Shown here one piece after another: positions 13,390 through 25,400 of a DNA stretch of 64,000 nt; positions within the stretch are counted from its first letter, which is position 1; each line of letters starts with the position of its first letter. A model generated the notes under the pieces. The model worked only from the letters and a program-made list of their open reading frames with translations, was not told where the DNA came from and did not search any database. The DNA lies in the NCBI RefSeq assembly GCF_964204645.1, contig NC_134031.1, positions 14,433,807-14,497,806 on the forward strand, read 5' to 3'. The DNA is from Tubulanus polymorphus (Eukaryota > Animalia > Nemertea). Both the position numbers and the translations under genes were made by a program.

Positions 13390-13745
13390 TATGGTGGCTG
13401 ATAAGGGCCAAATGCATTAATTTTTACACGACCTCGATTATAGAAAAATGCAAAACGAAACCTATAGAGCAAAAACGAAGTTTTCGTTTTTGCTACCGCG
13501 CAAAAACGAAATATTATAGCGCAAAAACGAAAATATTCGTTTTTGGTCTATGATTTTTCGTTCTTGCGCCATGAAATTCGTTCGTGCGGGGTAGCAAAAA
13601 CGAAAGTTCGTTTTTGCTACCCCGTTCGTTTTTGCGCGGTAGCAAAAACGAAGTTTTCGTTTTTGCTCTATAGGTTTTGTTTTGCGTTTTTCTATAATCG
13701 AGGTCTTGTAAAAATTAATGCATTTGGCCCTTATCAGCCACCATA
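13390..13745. mobile_element. 356-bp fold-back MITE, IS3EU-like (TATGG...CCATA termini, 6-bp TSD GACAAT), nested in the LINE endonuclease region
   Basis: Near-perfect inverted arms of about 120 bp. GACAAT at 13384-13389 and 13746-13751. Removal restores DDLNNELSQVLNADNLFLITGDLN. Confidence 0.92.
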
Positions 13746-14289
13746 GACAATTCATTATTTAAGTCATCGAAAAGTTTGGCAAAGTTCTTATCGGTGCCCC
13801 ATTAAACCTTGTCAAACTCTACCCATAATACGAGGTTACTCAAGTGGAAAGATCTTATCACAAAATGTGCTAATTCTTTTTAACAGCAATGATTATGCCT
13901 CCTGATTTACTTATCGCTAGCTTGTGTCTATTATTACAATAAACATCATAACCTAAGTCATTAACTGTTGACCCATATTTCATCAGTATCATCAATTTTA
14001 GTTTCATTTAGTGTAATCAATTCATGCTGTTTTAAAAACCCACTGAATTCTGGTACACTAACCCTCGACTGCAAACCGCAGACATTTAAGTTCAGAATTG
14101 AGAACGACTTGTCACTTAAAGTTTTTGGCTCCTCGGGATCCTATGCAGTTAGTTCAAGTTATAATCGGCACTTTCATTGGTTTCACTAATCGGTTTAGCA
14201 GGGCTTATTACGCGAGTCGTCTCAGCTTGCCGCGTGGTTGTGGGTAAGTCTTCGTCTGTCGGGGCAGTTGATTTTCGAGATGTTTGTCC

Positions 14290-14995
14290 GGCTCAAGTTG
14301 GGTATGGCATAGTATAGTTCCTTCGCGTATGCTTACTGCGTTGTTCGGTTTATGTGTATCCCAAAGAAAGTTGTCATGTCGACACATTCACATCGCCAGC
14401 CATTAACATTCCATGTATCAACGTGTCGACGTATCTACCAACGAACAAATTAACTATTAACGATCTATTAACCTCATACACCAAACACACCACGTGACCG
14501 AACACATGATAAACCTTGTGACACCGCCAGCCATTAAGAATCCGGCCAACATTCAATGTGTCAACGTCTCGACGTGTCTACCCACACACAAATATAACAT
14601 TAAGTCTTTTAAAGATCGCATTCTAAGGACAATATGCCACTTACCAGGCCCTTTAGTCGACAGCCGCCAAATACAGCGACATACAAAAGGCTCTCTAAGT
14701 CTAGCTCAACAAATTATAGGTACGCTATGCTCACTTCAAATTAATTACATGTTTTTTTTTACATTTTACAACAATCGCAATTAATCTAAGCTATCCACAT
14801 TATTGTTGACCACAGTATCGTTATTTCGGCGTTATTTCAATTTCAGTTGAACTACAAGCACAAGAGAGTGCGGGATTCGGAGAGTATACCAACCGCAAAA
14901 TACGCAACGCTACTCGACACATTTTCTATAAACCGGCACCGGAGACATCGGCACCTGATGCGGCGCAGATTAAAAGTGCCGGAATAAATAAGGAC
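14290..14995 (+). repeat. Dispersed repeat, copy B (homolog of 8806-9225)
   Basis: Shared blocks 14290-14590 and 14936-14995, same orientation as copy A. Confidence 0.75.
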
Positions 14996-15638
14996 ACTTA
15001 TAACGCGAAATTCTGGGATACCACCGGGGTGTCTGACCAACTAATGGACTTATGCATAGCTGAACATCCTCACATAGAGCTTCTGAGAGACATACTGACT
15101 CAGGCAGCGCAAACTGAGGCCGAAACTGATAACAACGATGACGATGATAACTAAATTTTATTGTGTAATCATTTCGTAAATAAAACCTAATACATCAATA
15201 CGTTGTTTATTTACTTCTCTTGTTTGTTTGTGTTTTGTGGTCACCCGTCAACCAGTCAACCCACGATCCTTGTACATACATTGGCGACAACATTGCGACG
15301 TGTCGTCTGTCGACCGTCAACCAGCGGATGATATAGGTCTATGCACTCTATCGTCTCTCATTTTTGTCACCACGATCCTTGTACATAAATTGGCGACAAC
15401 ATTGCATCGTGTCATCCGTCGACCGTCAACCAGCGGGTGAGATATGCACTCTATCATTTCTCCAATGGGCCAACCAACAAACAACCAACAGTAGTCAACT
15501 GTCACTAGTCGTCGGTCAACCTGTACATGAACTGTTCCTTTGCCGCGCATTAATACCCAATTATCAATGTATTCATGCGCCAATGTATTAATGCGCTGAT
15601 ACATTTACCGCACAACGTATTAACTCTACGCCAAGGCA

Positions 15639-16144
15639 CTATACTATGCTATATCCGACTTGGGCCGTTTGTCCCTGTGTCTCGTTGACATTGTCGTTCG
15701 GCTCACGGGCAGCAGTGTGTTCATTTGTCTGTAGTTCGTGTTGTCTAGCTACATCATCTTTTGGGATGATTCGTCCATTAGCCGCGACGCGATAGTTCTG
15801 TCCTTTCGGAATATTTCGCAAATAGATTTTCGCATTTAATTCGACGATTCTCTCTGTGTGTGATTTACTTGATCGGAGCATCACATATTTATATTTTTCT
15901 GTTTCCGATAGTTTTCTTTTACGCCTTAACACATCTACTTTTCCTGCGATCGATGCGAACGCAATTTTGACAAGACCAGGTCTATTTCGTACGCGGGAGG
16001 TTAATCTTATTGCCTCAGTTACTACTGGCACGTCTTCATGTTCCGCGTATAACGATTTTACGAGGTCTTTGGCAATTTCTAGAGTATTTTTAGCATTTCT
16101 TTTGAAAACCTGGCTAGCGATAATGGTATACTCTGGGTCATCGG
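15639..16144 (-). mobile_element. LINE ORF1-like fragment (CR1/L2-type RNA-binding ORF1p), bounded at its 5' side by a microsatellite
   Basis: AIRL...[45 protein letters not shown] resembles the basic C-terminal part of CR1/L2 ORF1 proteins. Recognised by pattern, not by search. Confidence 0.6.
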
Positions 16145-16582
16145 CCTCTCCCTCTCCCTCTCCCTCTCCCTCTCCCTCTCCCTCTCCCTCTCCCTCTCCC
16201 TCTCCCTCTCCCTCTCCCTCTCCCTCTCCCTCTCCCTCTCCCTCTCCCTCTCCCTCTCCCTCTCCCTCTCCCTCTCCCTCTCCCTCTCCCTCTCCCTCTC
16301 CCTCTCCCTCTCCCTCTCCCTCTCCCTCTCCCTCTCCCTCTCCCTCTCCCTCTCCCTCTCCCTCTCCCTCTCCCTCTCCCTCTCCCTCTCCCTCTCCCTC
16401 TCCCTCTCCCTCTCCCTCTCCCTCTCCCTCTCCCTCTCCCTCTCCCTCTCCCTCTCCCTCTCCCTCTCCCTCTCCCTCTCCCTCTCCCTCTCCCTCTCCC
16501 TCTCCCTCTCCCTCTCCCTCTCCCTCTCCCTCTCCCTCTCCCTCTCCCTCTCCCTCTCCCTCTCCCTCTCCCTCTCCCTCTC
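16145..16582. repeat. (CCTCTC)n hexanucleotide microsatellite, about 73 copies
   Basis: Uninterrupted perfect array. Confidence 0.98.
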
Positions 16583-18594
16583 TCAGCCTGACATTGATAT
16601 ACAGCACTTCAGATTCTCTTCTATCTAGAACCGTTGTGTCTCCGCATGGTGTAAAGTAATTTCGCTAAGTGCCTCGTTTAGCAGCACTTTTAACGTGAAG
16701 AAATCAATTTCTAGCCTAAAGGTGAGTTACATGTAGTTATAATACATCCGTTGGTCGGTAATGTTAGACATACCATGTTCACTGTATGGAACATGAGCCT
16801 ATTGTTACAATTGACATGACCTTCCCAGCGATCATTACTAAACGTATACCGCATGGTTTGAATTACATTGTAATACAATTTGCAGTCACTCACCCATAAG
16901 CCAGTTGTCAGTTAATTCAAGCGATTGAAATCGGACACGGTTTGTCATCTAGTTCTCGGGGTAAAAGTTAGACTCGCTAAGTTAATCAACAATTATTGGC
17001 CTCCAGACTCGAATCCAACAACTGTTGAAGCTAGAAGATAAAACATTTATTTCCAAATTTTTTAGGGCGTCAGTCGCAATGGTTTTATGAAATATGTGAT
17101 ATCGACTTAGCGCTAAAATAGCGACCTTGACACTAGTGAATTGACAATATCTGAGTCAATTGGGAAAGTGTCTTCTGTTTGATAAGAAGCAGAGTTGCAG
17201 AATTTTAATACGCGTCGTCAGATATTCCGTCGTTCAGCTGAAATCCTCTTTTTAACCGCACTGCCGCCTGCGCTCGACTGTAAAATACCGCGTTCGTCGT
17301 TTCAGCGCGAGGAATTTCATATCTGCGCTGAAACTGAAATCGCGCCGACGAATCGACGAACCGAAAAATCGAATCTCTAAGAAACCGATACCTTGTTACG
17401 TTAAGAGACAGCCAGTGCAGTTTGACGGCTACTAATTCTCGATTCACGCGCTCAAATTCTCGGAATAAGAGTTATTTACGACGCTTATAATTCACGATAG
17501 AGCTACGCATTCTAACGGTAATCAGAGACCGTTTAAATTCAAAAACTGGCACGTTGTCACGGAAACGAACAGCCGAAATAATCGTCCGTTTGTAGGCGTT
17601 ACTATAGAGAGATCATCATCCCCCTTCCTCCTTACAACGTAGATAAAACTGCTACACAGTGTCAGCCGCCTGGAGACCAACATCTCTTACTCGTGGATGG
17701 AAATGCCCCTCAACACGAGTAGTTTACCTTAAATCAGAGGGGAGTTGGGAAAGTTCCCTTTTGCAAATATGACAGTCATATCCAATTCAGAACTGCCCCC
17801 ATGATATCCATGACTCAATGCTCATGATCCAGCTCTACATAGGTTGTAGGATAGAGTTAACTCTTGAGTTTAATATCATTTCATTTAAAATGAGTTCACG
17901 TGAGTCATATATTTCTCACAGCAGTGGTCCTGTTGAAGTGTTCAGTCAGGATATGTCAGTCAGCCAAAACCATTCCGGGAACGCAAAGTATATCAAATTT
18001 TAATCACAGAATTATCTGATTAATTAAGTTTTTAATTTTAGATATCAACAATACATATTAACTCTCTCATAAATTCAATCGATATTTTGTAACGCAATAG
18101 CAATAACACAAATCACGTGGCAAACAATTGACTCATACACCGGTAGTGCGCGTATATCGGAATTGGAAAAAAACAAAATAGATATATTTTACAGGTTTTT
18201 TTCTTGTTATCTCTTTAAAATACGAACGATTTTACTAAAAAGTCTGAGGAAAATTCGAGTAGATTATTTCCTCAATTCGTCGGCAGCACGGAGCTTTTAC
18301 ACTTGTGAAGTTATAGAGGTCTTGCAGTCGAGTGCTTTTTCCACGTGACCGACGCCGTAGGCAACCACAATTTACATGACAGACCCTCGGAATAATGTAT
18401 ATCGTTGGTTAGATCCATTCTGTAGTTATGGTTTAGGTTTAAGACCAAACTAAGACCATCTCAGTTCAATAGTCAATCTAACAACTTAAGACCAGTCTTA
18501 AGATTTGACTTAATTCGCATAAGTCGGCCCTGGTAATCTTGTGTTGTAAACTGATGCGCGAATAAAGTATGACGTCCCGTACTCGTCACGTCTT

Positions 18595-19484
18595 CTATAC
18601 GGGAAACTCTTTGAGAGGAGTTGTCGATTTGTCGGCTGCCAATTCATCGATCGATTCGACTCCTGTCGTCAAAACCCTTTCGCAATTCACATCCTTCGAA
18701 GATGCCCTTCGACTGAAACGTGAATTGCTGATAGAAGTTGCTAGCGTACTGTAGCCCCTTCCGTCCATCGGGTTGGTCGTCGAGAAAACGCTGCCGTGTC
18801 GATTCTTACGCCGCGACGTCACCAGCGCGTTTTTGAACGATTTACGAAAGTTTGACGACATAAAACTGTAAACGATCGGGTTTATTATACTGTGTATATA
18901 GAAAAACAGACGCACGCAGGTCAAGGTCATGTGGTAACCGTGGAAACCCAGACGTAATGGTACGTAATTGTCGAATATCAGTATTAGCGACAATGAACGG
19001 TACGGAAGATGACAGAGAAAAAATAAAATGACAACAATGATTAACATGGCAACCACTTGTTTCCGCGCGCGCAGCGTCGTCGCCGAGACGAAATTTTCCG
19101 GATCGTTCGCCCTTGACATTAGTTGTTTGGTAATGACTGTGTATAGTGTAAACAGCACGGCGAGCGGGATTACGTATGATACGACCATCAGAGAACAGGC
19201 GTACACGCTTTTTAAAGTCGTATCGATTTTCAGGCGGCACACCTTAACGGGCGTCCCGTCCGTTAGACGCGAACCCTTGTAGTAAGCGATTGGGATAAAC
19301 GGCGCCGCTACGAACAGCGAAATTAACCAAATTACGCATAAGATTTTAATCGTGCGACTCAGCGTGCAGGTCACGTGCGCTCGTAGTGGCCGACAGATGG
19401 CGTAGTAGCGCTCTAAAGCGATGCCGATGATTGTCTGTATGGAAGCGCCTGTAACTGAGTTCTCCAGAAAAGGCACGAATTTAC
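18595..19484 (-). CDS. GPCR coding exon 2 (TM3-TM7 and C-tail)
   Basis: ORF 18595-19503 with acceptor AG at 19486-19485; ERY and NPxxY motifs. Confidence 0.93.
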
Positions 19485-22400
19485 CTACAACGAGAAATAT
19501 CATTAGAGAAACTTAAATCAACTTTTTAAACATTAGTGGAAATAAATTCGAAAAAAAAACTTTAGGGTTAAGTTTCGTGAAAAATATCGAAGAGTTCAAA
19601 ACGATGAAGTTTGAAAGTTTGTCTTTGTTGAATGCAGCAATCAAAACAAACAATAATTTGAGTTTATCATTATCTTTATAACTCTACCACCAGTGGGCGT
19701 TCATGATGATAGACTCATTATTAATTATTGGCAATGCAAAAATGATATCAAATTAGAAAGGTAAATTAGAAAGCTTGACGAGGATTTAGCAATAAGCTTA
19801 TTCGAATAACATGTAGAAAGAATTGGGTCTCTTTTTTGCCTGTAAATGAATAACCAAACCTTCAGTTAGATATAAATGATAGATTATGTTCCGCTTGAAA
19901 TGTTTAAGGTGATGAATAATACTTTATTTTTAGTTGCAACCTACTAAATGAAATGCTTGAAAATATTTTGAATTTGAGCTCTTTTGGCAATCTAGATTTT
20001 CTATAAAAAAAATCCTACAATCAACTTTGCAAAATTCATAAAAAAGGATCAGACATATGGGTCCCAATAATTATTATGTTGTAAATAGATGTATGTATTT
20101 TCAAAAACTTTGTTATCTATAAATTAATACGAAACTATGTACCAGTCGCCTTGGAGAAGAAATTGGTCTTGAAATTTGGTGTGGTAAACAATCATATTGT
20201 ATGAATTAATGCAACGGCTGGAAACTGCAGTGAAAATATTTATAAGGGGCTGGGCAAACTGAGGCAGGCAAAATTTCAGCCAATCAGTAAGCAGGAATTC
20301 TTATTATTGACTCTCGCACTGCATCAAAACAATTTCACAGTCAGTAATTGCAGCTATTCGGTGAGGAGGTCGCGTCCAACACAGCACCTTTAATATTTTG
20401 TTCAACACCGGCAGGCTGCTCTTTGCACTCTGCGGAGTACTCCGAACACTGTGCGGAACAAAGAAATACACTAGAACAAGTCACGTGACTCTGCCATACG
20501 TTACTCCGCTACTCCACAAAAGTGGGGCAGCATTTGTATTTGTCTAACATGAAAATAGCGTAATGCGCGTATGCAGAAAACTCGACGGTCAACCACTCGC
20601 GTGCGCTTTGCGCTTGACTCAACCGGTGGCCACGCGCGTTTCTATGAAGATATTTTTATGAAAATAGGATCAACAAAATTCTCAGATAAAACTCTATCTT
20701 CAATCTACATTATATCTCAAAACATGAAAAAGTTACAGTCAGTAACACAAAATTACCAATCTTTTTGAGGCGCCTTCGGTGAAGTATATTTTTTAAACTG
20801 TAACTGTATCCGATTGTTGCAGCCGAGAAAAATTAAATAAACACCATCAGAAAATAGAAATTGTCACCTTTCTAACGATAAAAGACTTAAACTTTTGAAG
20901 CAAAAGGGTGATGGGCTATAATGAATCGCGCTAAAGGTTTTACTTTAAAAAATGTGAAATCTGTCCAACAATGCGGACCCCGCGAGACGCCTCAAAATGG
21001 CGCCTGGAAACTGGAAACTTACCTATACCTGGCAAGTTCTTGGCCAAAGGAAATCACCCGTTGTTTCCACGGGTATTATTCCTAGTATTTTATTGAGATA
21101 AATTTATATTTTCTGTTGATTGTAGATATCGTATATTTCATAGTCTCCCTCCATGTACCATAGAAATGGTTGGAGTGTAAACAAAATCCTAATCATTACT
21201 TCCGCGGACATGTTGCCTTTTAAATAGAAATCTAAAGCGAAAAGCACTTAGGTAATTTCCACCAAATAAGAAAAACACCAGTGCAATACTTTCCCACTAG
21301 GGGGCTTTCACGGCACGAAACTAATTCCATAATAACACGTGCCAATCGTGAAAAAAACGTTTTTTTTTAATAAAAACCTTTTCCTGTTAATGCACAACGG
21401 CAGTTCGGTCACTTTCCCGTATGAGGGACGCATGAGGGGGAGTCTTTGATACTTAACCTTGAGCGCTGATTGCTCTGTGCGCACTCACCAATCATTACCG
21501 TAATCATTCACAAACACTAAACGGAGTTTCCAACGATATGATGAATGTCATGTTGTCACGTCAGAGAGTAAATAAAAAATTATTTTCTTTCTTTTAGAAA
21601 AAAAATAACACCCTGCTCATTATTCATGAAGAACTTTCACTTGGCGAACAGAAGAAAATGATTAGGTGGTCGACACATTACGCGGCGTTTGGGAAGGTAT
21701 CAGGAATCGTGGCTGGTTTGAATAATTCAACATCGGTTACTTCTTGATGGCCGATTGAGGATATTACTAATTGTATTCGAGCCTCATTGCCTCCACAACT
21801 GACTGTGCTACACAGCCACTAGATTTGTACAAGGTCAATTTCTAAAAGAAATATCCTGCGACACATTGAGCTATTATAGAGTTCTATAAGCACGATATTG
21901 TACGAAAAATGTTTTGAATGGAAAGCTGGACGTAAAGCTTTTACTTTCATGGCACCAACTTTATGGAATGTCTTACCACTGGAAATTCGTGAAAGTCCAA
22001 CTGTCTCATGTTTTAAATCACGTTTAAAAACTTTTTATTTTAGAAATCTGTACAATTAGTGTTTTAATCTGCTTCTGTCTTATCTGTTTTAATAAAGTGA
22101 AGTGCAATGAGTATGTTTTATAGAAATGCACTTTATAAGTAAATAAATTATCATTATTATTATTATTATCATTATTATTATTTTTATTGTTATTGTTATT
22201 GTTATCTTTATCGTTATCGTTATCGTTATCGTTATCGTTATCGTTATCGTTATCGTCATCGTCATCGTCATCATCATCATCATCATCATCATCATTATCA
22301 TCATCATCATTATCATCATCATCATTATCATTATCATTATTATCATTTATTATTAAAGTAAAACGACCAATAACCAATAATTCACAACCAATCATTGTCC

Positions 22401-25400
22401 GTTCTTGAAGTTTACACAAAGAGTCTTGAAAATGAGATTGACTCACGAATACAAATTTCAGCTTTTGCTGAGGACATCGGGTGGCACAGTACAGTTTTGG
22501 AAGTACATACCTGATATAGGTTTTAATAGGACGAGCATAGATTAGCAGCTTAAAAGATTAAAAACGAATTTCATTATTTTAAAAATTAAAATCAAAAGAC
22601 GTTTCGAACTGTCTCTAGTAAAGACCATCAAGGTGTGAATAAACGAACTAAGGGTCGCGGAGAACATGCCGTTAGTTGAGTAGATTTCTAATAATTATAG
22701 CTGCGGTAGACATGGAGAAATATCAATGAAGAAGTCCCACAATTGAATGTTATATGATAGAATGTATTACAATGAAAGCATACACTGATTATGTTCATTC
22801 GACTACTAAAATATAGAAATATACTAGGATAGAATAGAATTATGAGGAGAGAAATTAAATGCTACAACAAAGATCAAACGGTTCAAAGGTTTTTGTTTCC
22901 GGGTTGATTATATTCGGATAAAATATCAGCCACGAGGAGTGCAAAAACTGATGTAATGTTTTAAGAGAGCAATAAAGTATTAACGTATGGAATTGAACTG
23001 AATTTGAATTGGATTTGTTCCGCTAGACGGAGCTCTTGGAGAGGATTGAGCCCACCAGACGGTGCCACTGAATAAGGCCGGAAGCGATTCGCCGGCAAAA
23101 TATGCTCTACCCCGAAGGGTGTCGCAAAAACGTTCTAATGATAACATCATAATCATCAGTAATAGGGATAATAGGGGTTCAGGCCAAAGGTCGAAGGGTC
23201 GTGCTCATAAAAAATGAAAAATAAATTCTCGCACACTCGAATTGATTTTTCATTTTTTTATTCACTCGCCCCTTCAACCTTTAACCTGAACCCCTATTAT
23301 CCCTATTACTCTTAAAATATTCATATATATGAATAACATATAAATGAATAACTTCTAAAATCAATTTTAATAAAAAAATTTAGCATTAAAATGGAAGCAA
23401 ATAAGAAGTACAACTGTTCAACATGTAAAATCAATATAGATGAATCCCAAAAAGCAAGGCACAATAAAACTAGAACACATTTAGATAGACATAGTAGTGA
23501 ATATATATTCTCTGCTCTGGTAAAATTTATCTAAATTCTACAATGGAAAGAGATATCCGGCGATTGATCATCATTGATACGATGATCAATCGCCTAATGA
23601 CCAGTCTGAGTTAATTTCGGTTCTATAACCGATCTTACAACTTCAGATTTATCATGGTTGATAATCACAAGCTGAGGAATTATGATAATCTGGTAGTTTC
23701 TCAATTTCACACAGTCTCTCACTCGAAGTGAGAGTGAGATTTGATGATAACACAGAAGATGATCAAAGTATTGCTCTAGACTCTGCCACTAACTCAGAGT
23801 CAATGATAAGCCACGATGTAGAGATTAAGAGTAAATTTAGAGTCAATTATTAGCCACAATATGTGATCAGTTGGTGCTAACCTTATTGTACAATTCGTTA
23901 GAGCTAACGGTGTCCTCAAATTGATGTAGACTAAACAATTAATCAGCGCCGGTGATTATTGACAATGACTGCAGTTCGGGGGTTGAATGGCGAATATATG
24001 AGCCACGCGATTCTGCGTCTAGACATCCCAAATTAGGAACCGGTTCAGTTACCTCTCAAACTATCATCACATAATTACATATAGCACGAATATTGTGCAT
24101 CGCATTTTGTAACAACCTATCATAAACCAATCGTATATTCGGATGCAGGTATCGACAATGCGCGCCTGGAGCCAACCCCTCGGTCATTCGCTATCGTAAG
24201 ATGGAGTCAAGACGACGAGGTTTTGAAAGTGTGCTGATAAAATGTTTTGTGTCTGGTGTTTGTAGTCCATTTTCATTTCAAAATGTCTCGGGTGAAGTTC
24301 TGAACACATGTGGGTGATCAGTTTTTGAAAGTGTGCTGGTAAAACTCTGATATCTGGTGTTTGTAATTGTTCCTTTTCAATCGAAATGGCTCTGGTAAAG
24401 CTTCGAACGAGAGTGAAGAATGGACGATCAGTTTTTGAAATTGTGCTGATAAAATGTCTGATATCTGGTGTTTGTGGTTCATTTTCGACTGAAAAGAGAA
24501 AATATGTCCAAGGTCCTGGCTGAGGGAATTCCGGGATGCAGGTTGGTGTCTGAAGTCGTGCACGGTCTAGGGTAAAGGCTCTAGGTCACAGATTGCTATC
24601 AGTATTGGTGATGAAGAGGACATGAAACATTTGAAACTAATAATCCTTGAGGTTTGTTTCAGATATAAACGGTTATTATTTAAGGGAACAGTGTTCTGTT
24701 CACCACTTGGCTGTATGTGTCGGATGAGGCTCACGATTCAGTGATCAAAAACTTCAAATGACTTCGATGTTTTTATCCAAATGGGCATTGATTTGATTAT
24801 TGAGTTGACGATTGAGTGTCTCATGTCGAATAGACAGTGTGTCCAGACAGTACTGAGAATGTTTACACACGACATTCTTCGACGTAAGACACAAGACATG
24901 GATAGATTTGTTTCCTTAGAATAACTATCGAGTTTGATCTTAGATCAGATGTATATATGAATATGAATACATCAGTATAATCATGAACATGATAGGAAAA
25001 CTATCAAAAACTCATGTTTGTAATAAATGTATGATCGGACATTCAGCGAATGAATGTGGGTATTGTGACTGTCAATAGAGGTAAATGGCTACCACACTAA
25101 CCAGGCAAATTTACAAACTTCCCTAAAATACGACAGCTCTGTGGTTCAGAAATTAACTTGCTCACCGACAGCTGGTATGTAGGAGGACGCAGGTTCGGTT
25201 CCTGCAGGGTGTAATCTCACGGTGCTACTGGGGGTCAGAGTTATCCGCTCGAGTTTGGGGTTATTCTTTGGTAGAAAAAGTTTTCGGGTATCGTTAATTA
25301 ATGATTGATGATTGATTCGAATGATTGCGGGTATCGTTAATTAATAGAGTCACTGGTAGTATTTTCTTGGGCACTCCAAGGCCATAGGAACGTGTTGGCG

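Larger units (their letters stand above)
9892..14150 (-). mobile_element. Decayed non-LTR retrotransposon ORF2 (APE endonuclease + RT + C-terminal Cys/His motif), RTE-X-like
   Basis: APE N-terminus (SILNLNVCGL..LNETK, about 14100-13990), ITGDLN (about 13340), ILNGR and VDYFIGS. RT motifs KAPGIDQIANEILK, NPDNYRWITLLS, YADDAVLLA and FKYLG. C-terminal FRCSNYKLPIETGRY..ERICSLC..DEFH. ORF2 stop near 10081, then AATAAA and a (TATTC)n-like tail at 9917-9892. Several stops and frameshifts. The clade call is from motif recall only. Confidence 0.9.

Noticed and set aside
8806-14995. Flanking direct repeats as the LTRs of one element
   Set aside because: No TG..CA ends, PBS or PPT; the interior is a non-LTR APE-RT with its own 3' tail.
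15856-16659. (SP)n ORF on the plus strand
   Set aside because: Microsatellite translation; the protein-like signal is on the minus strand.
22024-22446. Asp/Asn-rich ORF as an acidic biomineralisation protein
   Set aside because: It is the antisense reading of a LINE-tail microsatellite and has no signal peptide or splice context.
22555-22645. Hammerhead-like minus-strand CTTGATGG...GAAACGTC, and similar GAAACG sites near 7960 and 45460
   Set aside because: The core and stems are too degenerate to call; at most old Penelope remnants.
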